A DNA stretch of 64,000 nucleotides. Source: Cenococcum geophilum (taxonomy: Eukaryota). Below, piece by piece: positions 25,250 to 39,505 of this stretch. The DNA lies in NCBI GenBank assembly GCA_050273025.1, contig CP158636.1, positions 2,294,001 to 2,358,000 of the forward strand. The letters run 5' to 3'. The notes beneath the pieces are model-generated. The model saw nothing but the letters and a program-made list of their open reading frames with translations, was not told where the DNA came from and searched no databases. How positions within the stretch are numbered: the stretch's first letter is position 1; the number at the start of each line of letters is the position of its first letter. The translations under genes were made by a program, and so were the position numbers.

Positions 25250-28200
25250 ATTTAAGTTTAGCAAGTTATATATCTTAGTCTATTAGTACTATACTAGTCT
25301 ACCCATTTACTAATTACGCTAATTAATTATTCTAAAATCCGTATTTTAACCCACTATTAGGGTTCTTCCCTCTATATAAATACCGTTTAGGACGCCAAGA
25401 CCGCTATCTAATTATCCTATAAGATAAACCCTAAGAGATTAAAACTTAAAGCGGCAATATTATAGGGAAGCCAGAACCAAGTTGGGAATATACTTAGCAC
25501 TTATAATTGTGTTCGCGCTAGAGAATACGTTAAGTATAGGATATACGGTAATATAGAAGCGTTAGCGTTTAATATAATTACCGCCTTTAAGCAGTATCCT
25601 ATTTAGCTATTTATAGAGAGGAGCTGCTCGGCACTATTATAAAGCAAAAATTAAAATAGTAGGAGGAGTAAAACTAGAATTGGTAAGCTAAAAGAGGGCA
25701 ACACTATTTATAGGCAATAGGAATAATTCTAACCTAGTGTCTTCTCGCTAGTCTAAAACACTAGAGCTTATAAAAAAGCATTACTATAGCAAATTAAAAG
25801 CACCTCCGGCTAACGCCCCAAGTAGGATCTCGCCGCACTTCATTAAGAGTAAAGTAGCTCTATAGGCTTGCTCTATAACAATATATACTAGTACTACTTA
25901 TATTATTACCAGTTTTATCTCCAATCTATTATAAGGCAGAAGCCTTATAAGTCTGCCTACTAGACACTAGTTAGCCCATACTAGGATAAGCTTATATTAA
26001 TAGCCATCGCACCTAGTAGTAAGATTTAGCCTATAGGCTTTAACACTAAGCGCCCTTATAATAACTATAGTCCCTACCTAATATAGGAAAAAGCTGGCTA
26101 TTATAACTAGTAACGCTATAAACTCTAGCTTATAGATACTAAAGCTAGAAGTCCAACTTCTACGTAAGTACTTTATATTATAGGTATTATAGCTCTTATA
26201 GCATATTACTAATATTTAAATCTAGTTACATCCTTATTAAATACATAGGTCACAGCTAGCCCATTTCCGACCCTAAACAGCACAACTTCTACGCTAATAA
26301 CGCCTTAAACCGGTATTTAGAAACCAGTCCCTACTAAAACATCTACTAGTTCTAGTAATAATACCACCCTAACTAACCCGCTATTAATCCCTACCCATAT
26401 TCCTAAAAATAGTAATTAGTTTATAGCTAGTATTACTAAGATTACTACCATTAGCGAAAATAATACTATAATAGGCGGAATATCTAAAAAGGGCAATGCT
26501 AATGCTTATAAAAGTTAGCTATCTCCGCCGCTAGCGTTAATAGATACCCCTAAGCTATATAGGATTAAAAAGATAGTACAATTAAAAAATAATCTAATAA
26601 CTCTAAACAACGCTATAGACGTAGAGTCTACTAATAGCAGTAATAACGAAGATAATAGCGCTCCCCTCCTTAGTAAAGATAATAGCGCTAAAAACGACTT
26701 TATAGATTATAAGAACGAAAGGGATATTAGTAATCCCAATGCCACATTTTTTAAATATATATACGTGTATATATCTCCAATATATCCAATATAGACACTC
26801 TCTAAATTTAAAACTAATATTTATTTAGTTAAAATTTTAGCTTTAGCTAAGTAATAAGGAAAGAATGTAAGCATATTAACGAAAATCTATAGTTAGAGGT
26901 ATATAGATGCCTCCGTCTTAGTTCTAACGCCAACCTTAACGCAAATAGCCTTCTATTACCACTATAGCCGGTTATAAAATCCTTTAGGGAGAAAAAATAT
27001 CAACTAATTACCGCCTATTATTAGATTATATTTAAAGAAGATAATATTAATAGCGGTATACACGCTAACTAGATAGGATTAGGCAAGACAATAATTATAA
27101 TTCTTACCTATATACTAAACCAATTAATTATTTTTAATAAACAGGCCGTTTAGGATTCCTAAGTAAAAAAATATAGATTATATCTTACTTATTCCGGAGG
27201 GAAAGCCAAAAGCGCGTAATGCTCCTTATAGGATAGATTACAAAGGTAGTATACCTATATTAGTAAGAATCCATATTCTAAATTTAAAGAGTTAATAGCC
27301 TAACGCTTCTTATAGCACCACCTAGACGTTTATTAGCCTAGGTAAACAATATAAAAGTAGGGCTTAGTTATTAATATATCAAGGACATACGCAAATCCGT
27401 AGATATAAATAGTAGAAGGGATATTTAGTTTTAGCTAATCCATAACAATTATAACAAAATGCACTACAAGTTCCTCTCTAATATTCTTAAGTACCGTAAA
27501 AGCAATATTATTTTTAATGTAGATACCCCACTTATTAGCTTATCTAAATTTTGTTATTACCATAATATTAAAGTATTTAAAAAAATCTCTTAAGTCCCCT
27601 AAGTATAAAAATAACACAGACTATAAAGCCTAAAATGCCCCATTATATAGCACTATATACATCTTATCCAATTCCATTAAGAAGCGCTTAACCTAGAGCT
27701 AGTAGTCAATTAGTAGGTTTACAAAAATTAGCTAACCAGACAATGCCCTCATCTAGTAATATTCCAGTACTTTAAGAGCCGCTGTTTCTAATAATCTTAG
27801 CGCCTTTCTAGGAACTCTATTAATAAGGCAAGGTAATAAATAGGAGAGTAAGCCTAGTTATAATCTGCTACTTAGTCCCAATATCTACATACTACAGAGA
27901 AGTATTAATAAAATAGTTAGGACAAAAGTAAAGCTAACTAAAGGTGCTAAGAAGAAAATGTAAGAGATTATAAACGGCTTCCATAGTATTATCCCCTAGT
28001 TTATTATTAGATGTTTAATAAAGATAAAGTAGTTTATTAAGGAACTACTTATTTAGATTAAAACAATGCGAACTAACCAGAACTCCTATACTACCTATAA
28101 TCCCTCCACTATAAAGCAGATAAACGAGGCCACTTATAACCTTAAAGTGGAGTTTAAGCTATTATATAGTAAGAAATTAGTCGGCTAGATATATAAAGTG

Positions 28201-28990
28201 TTAAAACCATAATATAAAACTATAGAATAATATTAGCTTAGTATAGCATTATAGAAAGCCTTTATATCTATACCAGTTTTCCAGGATAGCATAATTAAAA
28301 GGATAAGGGTTAAGGTTTTAATATACCTATTACACCCGTATACTTATTAAAACAAGAATAAATAAAATTATACCCTTAGCTGTTATAAGAACCTTAACAA
28401 TTTAATCCTTTACGGCGAGTTAGACTCTTTTATATAGATAAGCCTAAGTATAGATACCTTAAAGACTATTCTTACTAAACTTTAGCCTACTTACAAATGT
28501 AATCTATAGAAGTTAATTATATTCACTATATTCCCTATATTCACATTTATAATACGCCTAGTATATTATATTTACAATAAGCGCAATATTCTTACACCCC
28601 ACTTATTATTTAATCTCTTAGATATAAATATAGCAAAAACACCTACCGTCTTATAGCTAGCTAGATCTAGGTTAAGAGGGATAAAGTTATTATTAACGAC
28701 TTTAATACTAAGGCCTACTAAGGCCTCTTACTTCTACCGGCTAGGATCCGCATAGTAACTCTTAGCAAGTTTCGTTCTACCGGTATAAAATTAATAACTT
28801 AGAGCTTATTTTTAGTATTATAAATCTAGACTTTAGAGCTATAGATTAATTAATTAGCGTAAAGCCGTTATATTATAATAAAGCTATATCTAGGCAATCT
28901 ATATTATAATCCTTAGCATAGTGTTATATATAGAAATGTTTAATTATAAGAATTAGGAAGGGGTTATATTTTAATTAAATTTATAAAATT
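25250..28990 (+). pseudogene. SNF2-family helicase relic, copy 1
   Basis: About 27050-27090 reads SGIHAN*IGLGKT (RIPed GGIHADQMGLGKT, SNF2 motif I). Paralogous throughout to 31250-35130. C-terminal motifs are more diverged. Confidence 0.75.
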
Positions 28991-29299
28991 ACAACTAAAA
29001 GTCCTTACGGCGTAGTAGTACGGTAAGTAATATAATTACTATAATTTAGAGCTAGCCTAATAAGATTAAAAATAGTTATCTCTAATATATATATATATAT
29101 ATATACTAAGAAGCGTAACTTATAAAATTAGGCCTTAAGACTACTAAAACCCGCGTATTAGCACTTCTTGCAATATTATAAATATTAATATGCTACGTTA
29201 TATGCTATATATACAATATCTAAAATCTCGTCTACCGCCAGAGTTATAGTTTTTACGACCCCGTATATACCTCCAAACTCGCGCAATAGTATTTTTATT

Positions 29300-30450
29300 A
29301 AGTTTATTTTATTTCTAATAGCTTATTACACCACTTACGCAACTTTAATTGTTTCCACGTTATACGCCGCCTACTTAAGATTCTTTAAATAGCTAAGATA
29401 GCAAACGTATAAAGTAAAAGCCCTATCCCATCTCAATTTTAGGCATTTGCCGTTATAATCGCCTTAAAAGCTCCTTATTAACCCCTATTAGATTTTTATT
29501 AAACCACCATTCTATAGCTTACCCTTCAGCTTCTTAATTACTCGGCCAGCCTCTCTATAATAATTATTAGCTATTAAACCGGCGTAGTTACCAACGTCGC
29601 TTACGACTTTAAAAAGCTATTTATATTTATTATTTAGACGGATAAAGTTTTCTAGATACTATTAAGTCTTTAGTTTATAGCGTCCAGTTTAGCTATCTTG
29701 GACTCTTTTAAGTCCTTAAACTCAGTATTAAGCTAGTTATACTTATATTTTAGCGTAACTAGTTCTAGCGGTGCTTTCTTAATCTATTTAATTTCTACTT
29801 TTAACTTATTGCGCTCTTTTATAAAATAGTCCTGCTTTATTACTTAGGTATCCTAGATTAGATTAACAATAGATATATTTTAAGCCTTTTTAGCTTTTTA
29901 AAGTTCCTTAATATCAGTCTTTAAACTCTTAATATTCTAGCAATTAGCAGCTAACGCAGTTTATAAAGCATCCTACTCCTCCTTTATATAACTAATTATC
30001 TAACTTATAATATTAAAGAGGTCCCCCTTTTATAGTTTTCTAGTTTCCGTAATAGCTATCTCCACAGCGCTATTTTTATTTAACTTAGTTCTCTCTAAAC
30101 TATATATAGCGGCATTTCTAGCGGCTAGTAGGACAAAATAGGTTAGCAAAGGCTTCTTAAGAGGTAGCTAAACTATCTTTATAGCTTTAGCTACCTTACT
30201 ATTCTTCTCTTACTTAATTAGAAACCCTTTAATCTCCTTCTAGCAACTATCCGCCACCTTCTTCTTTTATAGCTTTAGAGCTGGCTTTATAGTTCCATCT
30301 CTATTCTTTAATAACGCCTTTTTAATATAGGGACGCTTAGTACGCTTAGCTAAGGTGGCTATATACTTAGGTTTTTCATTTATCTGTAATAACTAATTAG
30401 CGTAAGATATCTATAACTCCTTACTAGTATATATACTATTACCACGTTTA
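29300..30450 (-). pseudogene. RIPed coding relic, K/E-rich coiled-coil-like, unknown function
   Basis: Codon-like K/E/A-rich bias on the minus strand with RIP-type stops. No family recognised. Confidence 0.4.
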
Positions 30451-31249
30451 CTTAAAATAGGTTAAGGGCTAGTATAGTTAAGGTAAGAGGAAATTTATTT
30501 TAATATAGAGAGTAGGTAATAGATAGATGGATAGATAAATAGATATATAGTTTATAATATTACGAATATTTATACACTAATTCGCATACTTAGGGTATAC
30601 TATATATACAATAGTCGCAATATCGCCTCCTTATAACCTTAGTTCCCGCCTCTTAGCAGCACCACCTAGCTTTAGGGCATAGCACTAGACCCGTACGTTA
30701 GTACGGTTTATAATATCGTAAATATTAGCGTGCTATATCGCATACCCAAGGCATACTATATATATAATAGTCGCAATATTACCTCCTCGTAACCTTAGTT
30801 CCCGCCTCTTAATAGCACTACCTAAGTTCTAGTTCCCCTAATCCCTAATCTAGGGCATACTACTAGACCATTATATTAATATATTTTGCAATATTATAAA
30901 TATTAACGTACTGCGTCGCATACTTAAGGCATCTTATATCTACAATAATTATAAGCTTAACTTATTACCTTCTCGCATCCTAGCTACACCTAGCACTAAT
31001 AGGTTTTACTTCCCTAGAATCCCTAATCTAAGGCATATCACCAAATTATTTTCATTTAATCTATTATACCCAGCTTAATATTGCCAATATTACGCGCAAT
31101 AACCATTTATTTTATTTTAGTTTAATTCTTAAATTAATTCACCTTACCAATGCAATCTTAGTTGTTAGTTATTCACCTATATAGTTAGTAGACCTTTTCT
31201 ACCTTATATCTTCCATTATAAGTCCACTATCTTACCTTTTTTATCCTAA

Positions 31250-34200
31250 TATAGATATCTTCTTACGCCGGATATTATTAAAAGGAGGCTCTTTATAATA
31301 ACTTCTTAGAAAAGCGAGCTTAGTAAGTTAAACTATATAGGCCATTAAAGCCAAGCTAGTCTATCCTTTTACTATTTATACTAACCCACTATTATAGGTC
31401 CTAAATTATAGCCCGTTGTTAATAATAAACCCTTATACCCGCATCCCGTCTAGTACGCCTCGGCTACTGTCCAGCCATTAGACACAATAGTCTATTAAGG
31501 TTTAGCAATTAACGCGCTTAGGCTGCTTACGGCTAAGGCCTAACTTTAAAAGATATTTAAGGAACATAGATATTTTAAGGCCAAATAATACCGCTAGACT
31601 AAAATCCGTAGCAATATAAAAACAATTACACTTACTAAGATTAACGCCTTTAAGTAGTGTCCTAGTTAAACGTTTACGGGGAGGAGCTACTTAGCACTTA
31701 TTATAAGGATAAAATTAAATAAATTAAGAGTAAAATCGGAACTACCAAGTTAAAAGAGGCTAACTTTATTAATAGACGTAGAAGATAACTCTAACTTAAT
31801 TCCTCTACACTTAAATAAAATCCGGAAAGGTTATAAGAGGTATTATTAAGCAAAACCGGAAATACCTAAAGCCAACCCTTATGCCGGAATCTTACCACAC
31901 TATATTAAAAGTAAAGTGACCCTATTAGCGTACACTATATATATATCTCACAGTTCTAATACTACCATTATTCGGTTTCGTCTCTAAGCTATTATAAAAA
32001 ATAAATTTTATAGGTCTACTAATTAGACGCTAAATAGTTTATTTTAGAATAAGCTTATATTAAAAGCCACTGCATCTAGTAGCGCGTTTTATCCCGTTAA
32101 CTTTAATACTAAGTATTTATAGAATAGCTTTAGCCCTATTGGGAATAAAAAAGAGTTAGCTACTATAATTAGCAATACTATAAACTCTAGCTTATAGATA
32201 CTAAAGCTAGAGGTCCAACCTCTACGTAAATGCTTTATATTATAAGTATTGCGGCTCTTATAGTATATTACTAATATTAAAATCCAGCTACATCCCAATT
32301 AGATAGATAGACTACATTAGACCTATTTCTAAACCTAAATAGTATAACTTCCACGTTAACAACGCCTTAGACCAATATTCGGAAACTAGCTATTACTAAA
32401 AAATCCACTAGTTCTAGTAATAACGCTACCCTAACTAACTCGCCATTAATCTATACTAGTATTCCTAATAATAGCAACCATCTTATACCTAGTATTGCTA
32501 AGACTACTACTATTAGCGGAAAGGATACTATAATAGGCGGAACCTCTAAAAAGGGCAATGCAGATACTTCTAATAGTTAACTACCTCCGCTACTAGCGTC
32601 GGCGGATACTACAGAACACTATAAAATTAAGAAAATTATATAGGTTAAAAAAAACGGAATAAATATAATAAACGTAATAGAGGTATTATCTAATAACAGC
32701 AGTAATAATAAAGGTAATAATAATCCCCTCCCTAATGTAGGTAATAAGGCTAAAAACGACTTTAAGGACTATACAGACGACGAGAAAGGGAATAATCTTA
32801 ATGCTATATTCTTTAGACGCATATACGTGTATATATCTTCAATATATCCAATACGGATATTCCCTTAATAGAAAACTAATTTTTTTTAGTTTAAATTCTA
32901 GTTTTAATTAGGCAATAAAGAAGGAATGCAAATATATTAACAAAACTCTATAGTTAGAGGCATGTAGATACCTCCGTCTTAATCCTAACACCAACCTTAA
33001 CGCAGATAGCCTTTTATTACCGCTATAGCCAGTTATAAAATCCTTTAAAGCGAAAAAATATTAACTAATTACCGCCTATTACTAAACTATAAACAAAAAA
33101 TATAACGTTAATAGCGGAGTATATACGGACTAGATAGGCTTAGGCAAGACAGTTACCATAATTCTTATCCATCTATTAAACAGATTAATTATTATTAATT
33201 AATAGGCTATTTAGGATTCCTAAGCAAAAAAAGATAAATTATATCTTACTTATTCTACTAGGGAAGCTAAGAATACGTAATGCCCCTTACAGGGTAGCCT
33301 ACTAATTTAGTGCATATATATTAACAAGAATCCATACTCCATATTTAAAAGACTTAATAGCCTAACGCTTGTAATAGCACCACCTAAAGCTCTATTGGTA
33401 TGGAAAAAGAACATTAAGTTAGTACTTAGCGAAAATTATTTAGCTATAATACGCGAGAATATAGGCAAGAATAAGGGCACCGCGGATATTCAGTTTTAAA
33501 TTATATATGGCAACTACGCGGGAACGGCCTAGAAGTGCTAGAAAAATAACCCTAAATTCCTTCTTAGCTATAAGGAGCCTAATTTAAATAACCCGAACGA
33601 TATATTATATAATCCTCCTACTAACTCGTCCCGCTTCATTATCGCTATAACCATTAGATATTAGAAATAACGATTCCTATACTCTCTAGGCGAGTTTCTA
33701 CCTAGAACACACTATCAATTAAACGTAGTAGTATAGCTCTATATATTTCTTAATAAGTTTTATGCCACTAAGAACAGCTAAACTTAGTTATAAACCATAA
33801 CCAGAGAGCTTGCGATTTAGGCTTTACCAAATAATATCTATTTCTAGGGATATTTGGGCACCCTAGCAGGCACTAGCCCTAGTAATCTTACTACATTTCT
33901 ATAAACCTTAGCAATAGGGCAGGAGGAAGAATAGGTAGAAAAGCCTAATTATAAACTGTTACTTAGTCCTAATATCTATACGCTATAGGCAAAAATAAAT
34001 AAAATAGTTTAAATAAAAGCTAAGCTATTAAAGGAGGCTAAGAAAGAAATGGGGGCCATTATTAACGGTTTTTATAACATTATTTCGCAATTTATAATTA
34101 GGCGCTCTATAAATATATAATAGTTTAATAACAAACCATTAATTAAAATTAACGTACAAAGAGTAGACTAAAATATTCGCGTTAAGTATATACCTAAAGT

Positions 34201-35130
34201 CTTAAAGCGATTAAATAGGGCTATAGATAAACTAAAGAAAGAGATTAATGCAGCATATAAGAAGAAATTGGTTAAGTAAAAGCGGAAAGGATTAAACGCT
34301 AATTAAAAACCTATAAAACCACACTGGTCTAGCTCTATATTTACCTATAAGCTTTAAATCTTTATAAACTTCCTAGAGCTGCAACTCTAGAAAAATAAGG
34401 GCAAAGACTTTAATATGCCTTTCACTAGCTCATTTTTAGAAGGTAATAAAAAAAAAGGGCTATATGCTCAACCATTACAAAAACCCCAATCAGTTTATAT
34501 TTAAGTAAGAACTGCCTTTTATTAGAGCTTTAAGTCTAAAAATAGATGCCTTAAAGATAGTTTTTACTTAGCTAGGGACTAACTACAAAGGTCATCTTAA
34601 GAAGTTAGTCGTCTTTACAGCATTCCTAGTAGCCGCCTTTATTATTTATCTAGTATATCTTATCTATTCTTAAAGCAATATTTTTATATTCTAACGCTAG
34701 ATTAGTATCTTCTTAATAGGTATAGACTAGGTAGCTATAAGTTAGTTAGCGGTAGGCTTAAGATAGAAGAAAGGGAGACAATTATTAAAGAATTCGAAAA
34801 TAACCCCACTCTAAAATTCCTTATATTAACTACCAGCCTAATATCTAAAGTATATACTCTAATTAGAGCAAGTAAAGTGTTCATATTTAAGCCATAGCCG
34901 CTACCTATAGTTAAAGCTTAGGCATTTAGACATGCCTATAGGATTAAACAGCTAGAAGATAAAGTTACGGATATTAGGGCTATATCTAGTAAGGTTAATA
35001 TAGAGGTATATATTTAGCAGCGGGCTAAAAAATATAAAATCTTTACACTAGGCGCTTTCTTTAGAGCGCTAAAGCATTATACTAAAAAGAAGCGCCTTTT
35101 TAGTACTTCGCTATTTAAGATTGCTTAATA
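31250..35130 (+). pseudogene. SNF2-family helicase relic, copy 2
   Basis: Motif I SGVYTD*IGLGKT (about 33110-33150). Motif II NKFY (from DEFH, about 33752). Motif III F*GYLGT (from FWGYSGTP, about 33845). HelicC YTLIRASKVFIFKP...KA*AFRHAYRIKQ (about 34850-34950). Confidence 0.85.
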
Positions 35131-35449
35131 TATATTAAAACCGGGTTCCACTAGTAAGGTTATATAATAGGGTATAGACGGTTTCTTCTATATACTTAAC
35201 TAGCTTAATTAATACTACTAGCTAAGTAGGCACTGCCTCTATAGTATACCAATTATAATATATTTTATAATACCTAGCTCTAAGTATATATAATAAAGAT
35301 ATTACGGTTATTATATATATATAAATATTATAAGAGAGGTAATAAATATAATATTTGCTAATATAATATATTATAAATATTGTAAATAATCGGTAGATAT
35401 ACCTATTTAGGTTTAGCCGCTATATAACTCCTTTTCCTTTATGCTAACC

Positions 35450-38400
35450 CCTACTTAATTATAACCCCTACTATAAACTACCTAACAACAATTAACAGCA
35501 CTATACTGGGCATTTACGCGTAAATGGAACAACAATCCAAACCTATATTGCTTTCTTTAGTATATAAAGCCCACGCGACAAAGAACTGGTTAGTAAAGTT
35601 CATCTACCTAGGCCTAAAAATTAATGAAATATTATATAGCAACATTTATTCTATTATGGAACAGGGACTTATAGATATTTAAATACTTAGTTTATAACTA
35701 AATAAGGTTAGGAACCGGTTAAGACTTAATTAAGTGTTTTATAGTATAATTAAAATATTTCCTACTATTTTTATAGGCATACTAGAACCTTAGTAGAGTA
35801 GGTGTCTATCCACAATCGCCTAAAAATATAACAATAATTAAAAGTGTTAAGTGTTAGATAGAGTAACAACCCCAGCATAAATTAAGTCCGTTACATATTG
35901 TCTTAAATCAACTAATATACGCTAACTAAGCAAAGAAGACCTAGAGTTAATTACTTAGAACAGCCTTATATTTAGGACGGTGTAAACTAAAATAGTTTAC
36001 AAAGGAGATAGCTAGGAAATGCTGTATGGTTATAGATACTTTACGGCCGGTAGTATACCAGACAATAAAATTACGTCAACTAATCTAGACTTTAGTCTAT
36101 TTACTAGCGTACTCTTAAAAGATATCGGCTTTAATCCCACAAAACATAGAATTTTCTATTATAATAGCTAAGGAAGGGAGATAGAAGTTCTTACCAAATA
36201 AACCTAGAGGGCTGCTATAGATAAAATATATACCAAAGGACTTAATTATTTTTATTTTATAGTAAGATACAAAGACCAAGGTAAGATAGATTATATAAGT
36301 AATTTTAGCAATATTAAAAATATTCTAACGCATTTAAATAGGTACACTACACCTAGCCACTACACCTATATATATCAAAACCATTATACCATAAGCCGTT
36401 ATAAGCAACTTATTGTTAACGCTACCTAAAACATAACTAGAGTTAGAGAGAAATCGTTTTAGGCCTAAGGGTTTAAGGGCATCTATATAGGAAATTAGTA
36501 GTATACTTAGACTAACGGTTTCTATATATAAAGTAGAATTAGTAAGCAATAAATTAAAGCGGAAACGGGAGACCTCTATCTAGCCTAAGAAAAAAAACCA
36601 AGGGCCTAATATTATATTTATATTATACTAACCATCTCGCGCACTATACTACATTTTATATACCTAATATTTCCAATATAGTGTTAATATATACACGGTT
36701 ATGCATATTATACTAGCTCGGCTAAATATACTAGATAGCTTAACCTAAATAAGCAGGGCTTAAAATTAAAGAGCCCCTTTACAATTTTTACTTTTCTCCT
36801 CTCTCTTATTAATAATCTACATTAGTACTCTTTCTATAGGCCATTAAATACATCTTTAACACTAATATATTAAACTAACACTATTCTCTACTATGGCTAA
36901 ATTATCTAATATATAGGTTATTGCAGCGTCTAGCAGCCAGGTGCGACTTATATCCACTTTATAGTAGTAGTATATAGCTAATAAGGTAGAACTTATAGTC
37001 TTAGCAAGACTTGCGCATATTTAAGGACAAATCCAATAGTAATAAGATTCCACTATACCCCTATTGCCCTTAAGACACTTATTACTATAGGACTAATATA
37101 ACTTAATATAAGCTTAAATCTGCCACCTATTCTAAGTCATTAGTTTAGAAAATAGTAAGGCCTATATACCTAGTATATAGATTAACCATTTACCTATATA
37201 TATAGGGTTATTATAATATATTACCTAATAAACGCTATTATTAACTAAGCACTACTAAGGACGGAAGCACTAATAGTATAAAACAATTAAGATATAAACC
37301 AGAACTACTCTAGTAGGGGGTACGACAGCGGGCCAAGTTTAATTCTACACCCGCACACGTACCTATACTAGCCCACACTAGGCTGCTTATATAGGCTATA
37401 GTTATAATAGGCCACTTTAATCCTTCCTATAGACTCTCTCCATAGCCAGAAAGATAGAAGTCGGGCGTTAACGCACTAATTATTAATGCTTAGTAAAAGG
37501 CTGGTTCAAACAATCGGGGGCGTATATTTAATAATATTCGGCCTCTACCTAAACTAAAAGAAGCTTATAGGGCAAGTTTTTAAAATCTATACCTCCTACT
37601 AGCAATATTTAAAGTACTGCTAACACAGTATATATCGCAAAACTATAGTTATTTAACTACATTGGCGACTTTAGATTATATATTCTAAGTAATATTCGTG
37701 TAATTATATATATATATTATCTATTCCTTAATACACTAGATACCTAAGCTCTAGTCTTTTAACTACTTAAAGATAATATATTTATATGCGCATATCTAAA
37801 GCTTATAAGCCCTACTATACACTCTTAGAGTTTACTTACTAATAATAGAAGGGGAAATAACGATTCGCAGCACCCATAATTATTAAGTGTATTACTTAAT
37901 GCTTTTTTAACCCAAACTTAAAAGACCTAGCTTTGCACCCCCAGACATCCAAGTATTTTCACCTACTTTTGGCTTACACTATTATACTAATTACTACTTA
38001 TATTTAATATGCACTCACCAAATATAAAAAGGGAGGTCTACGGTAAATAGTTAAAGTAAATATAATAGGAGAACTAAACGGTATAAGTAATACTCTAATC
38101 TACCTATATATTATAAGATATTAATTTATAAAGTAATATACTATTAAATTTAGAAGATATAGGACGCGTAAGCTTCTAACAAAAAAGTTAAACTACTATA
38201 GGTAATAGCTAGTCTTATTTAGAAGTAGATATGCAAGACTAGTAACCTAGTTAAAAATACGTATATAGTATATAATCTATACGCAAATAATACTAATAAT
38301 CTAGATAAGCTTAAGCCATACACAACCTAGTACAAGTTTAAGTTCTTAGTAATAGATAGCTTTCCTATCTCTAGCAATAATAACTTAAGGCCTACTAGTT

Positions 38401-38870
38401 CTTCCTCTTTTGCTTATATAGATAAGGTAATACTAGCAAGAAGTAAAGATTTAGTTTTAGATTAAAGAGTAAGCAAAAGCGCATTTCTAATTATTACATT
38501 AATAACTTAACTAGGGCACTTTACGCTTAACCCTAGTCTCTTTACCGCCAATAACTATAAATAGCCCGCCTATCTAAAACTATAAGGCTTCTTACTTTAG
38601 GATTACTTAGCACTATAACTTAGATAATAAACCATATATACTTAATATACTATATATAATAACACCAGATAGACTACAAAACTTACTAAGTATTAAAGAA
38701 GAAGATTTTCTTTAGTATACTCTTAGAACGAGGGAAAAGCTACTAAATAATAGTAGATTTGATATATTTTTGGAGTCTATACAGCAAAAGAAAAATAATA
38801 ATATTAAAATAAGGCTAGGATTGCCTAAAGATAATAACCTAGATATATAGTTACTTCCTCTAAGGTATAT
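35450..38870 (+). pseudogene. One or two further RIPed cargo ORF relics of the Plavaka element, unidentified
   Basis: Coding-like stretches at about 35450-36600 and 36890-38870. No motif could be assigned by eye. Confidence 0.3.
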
Positions 38871-38887
38871 AGATAATATTTCACTTT

Positions 38888-39505
38888 CTAAAATATTATA
38901 ATTATTACAGTCATAAAAAATATTGCGATTATTGCAGTTATAGAAAATATTACGACTATTATGGTTGTGGGAAATATTATAACTATTATAGTTATAGGAA
39001 ATATTATAACTATTACAGTTATAAGAAATATTGCGACTATTATAGCTATAGGAAATATTACGACTAGTGCAATTGCGGGAAACATTATAAATATTACAAC
39101 TATTGCAGTTGTAGAAAATATTACACTTATTATAGTCGTGGGAAATATTGCAATTATTACAGTCATAGAAAATATTACGACTATTACAGTCGTAGGAAAT
39201 ATTACAACCATTACAGTTGCGGGAAATATTGCGACTATTGCAGTTGCGGGAAATATTACAACCATTGCAGTTACGGGAAATATTATAAATATTACAGTCG
39301 TGGGAAATATTGCAACTATTGCAGTTATAGGAAATATTGCAACTATTGCAGTCGCGGGAAATATTATAAATATTGCAGTCGTGGGAAATATTGCAACTAT
39401 TGCAGTTGTAGGAAATATTGCGACCATTACAGTCGCGGGAAATATTATAAATATTGCAGTTGTGGGAAATATTATAACTATTACAATCATAGGAAATATT
39501 ATAAT
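38888..39505. repeat. Subterminal tandem array (ATTGCAGTCGCGGGAAAT-based ~27-bp units)
   Basis: Over 20 degenerate units just inside the right TIR. Explains the spurious ORFs on both strands. Confidence 0.92.
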
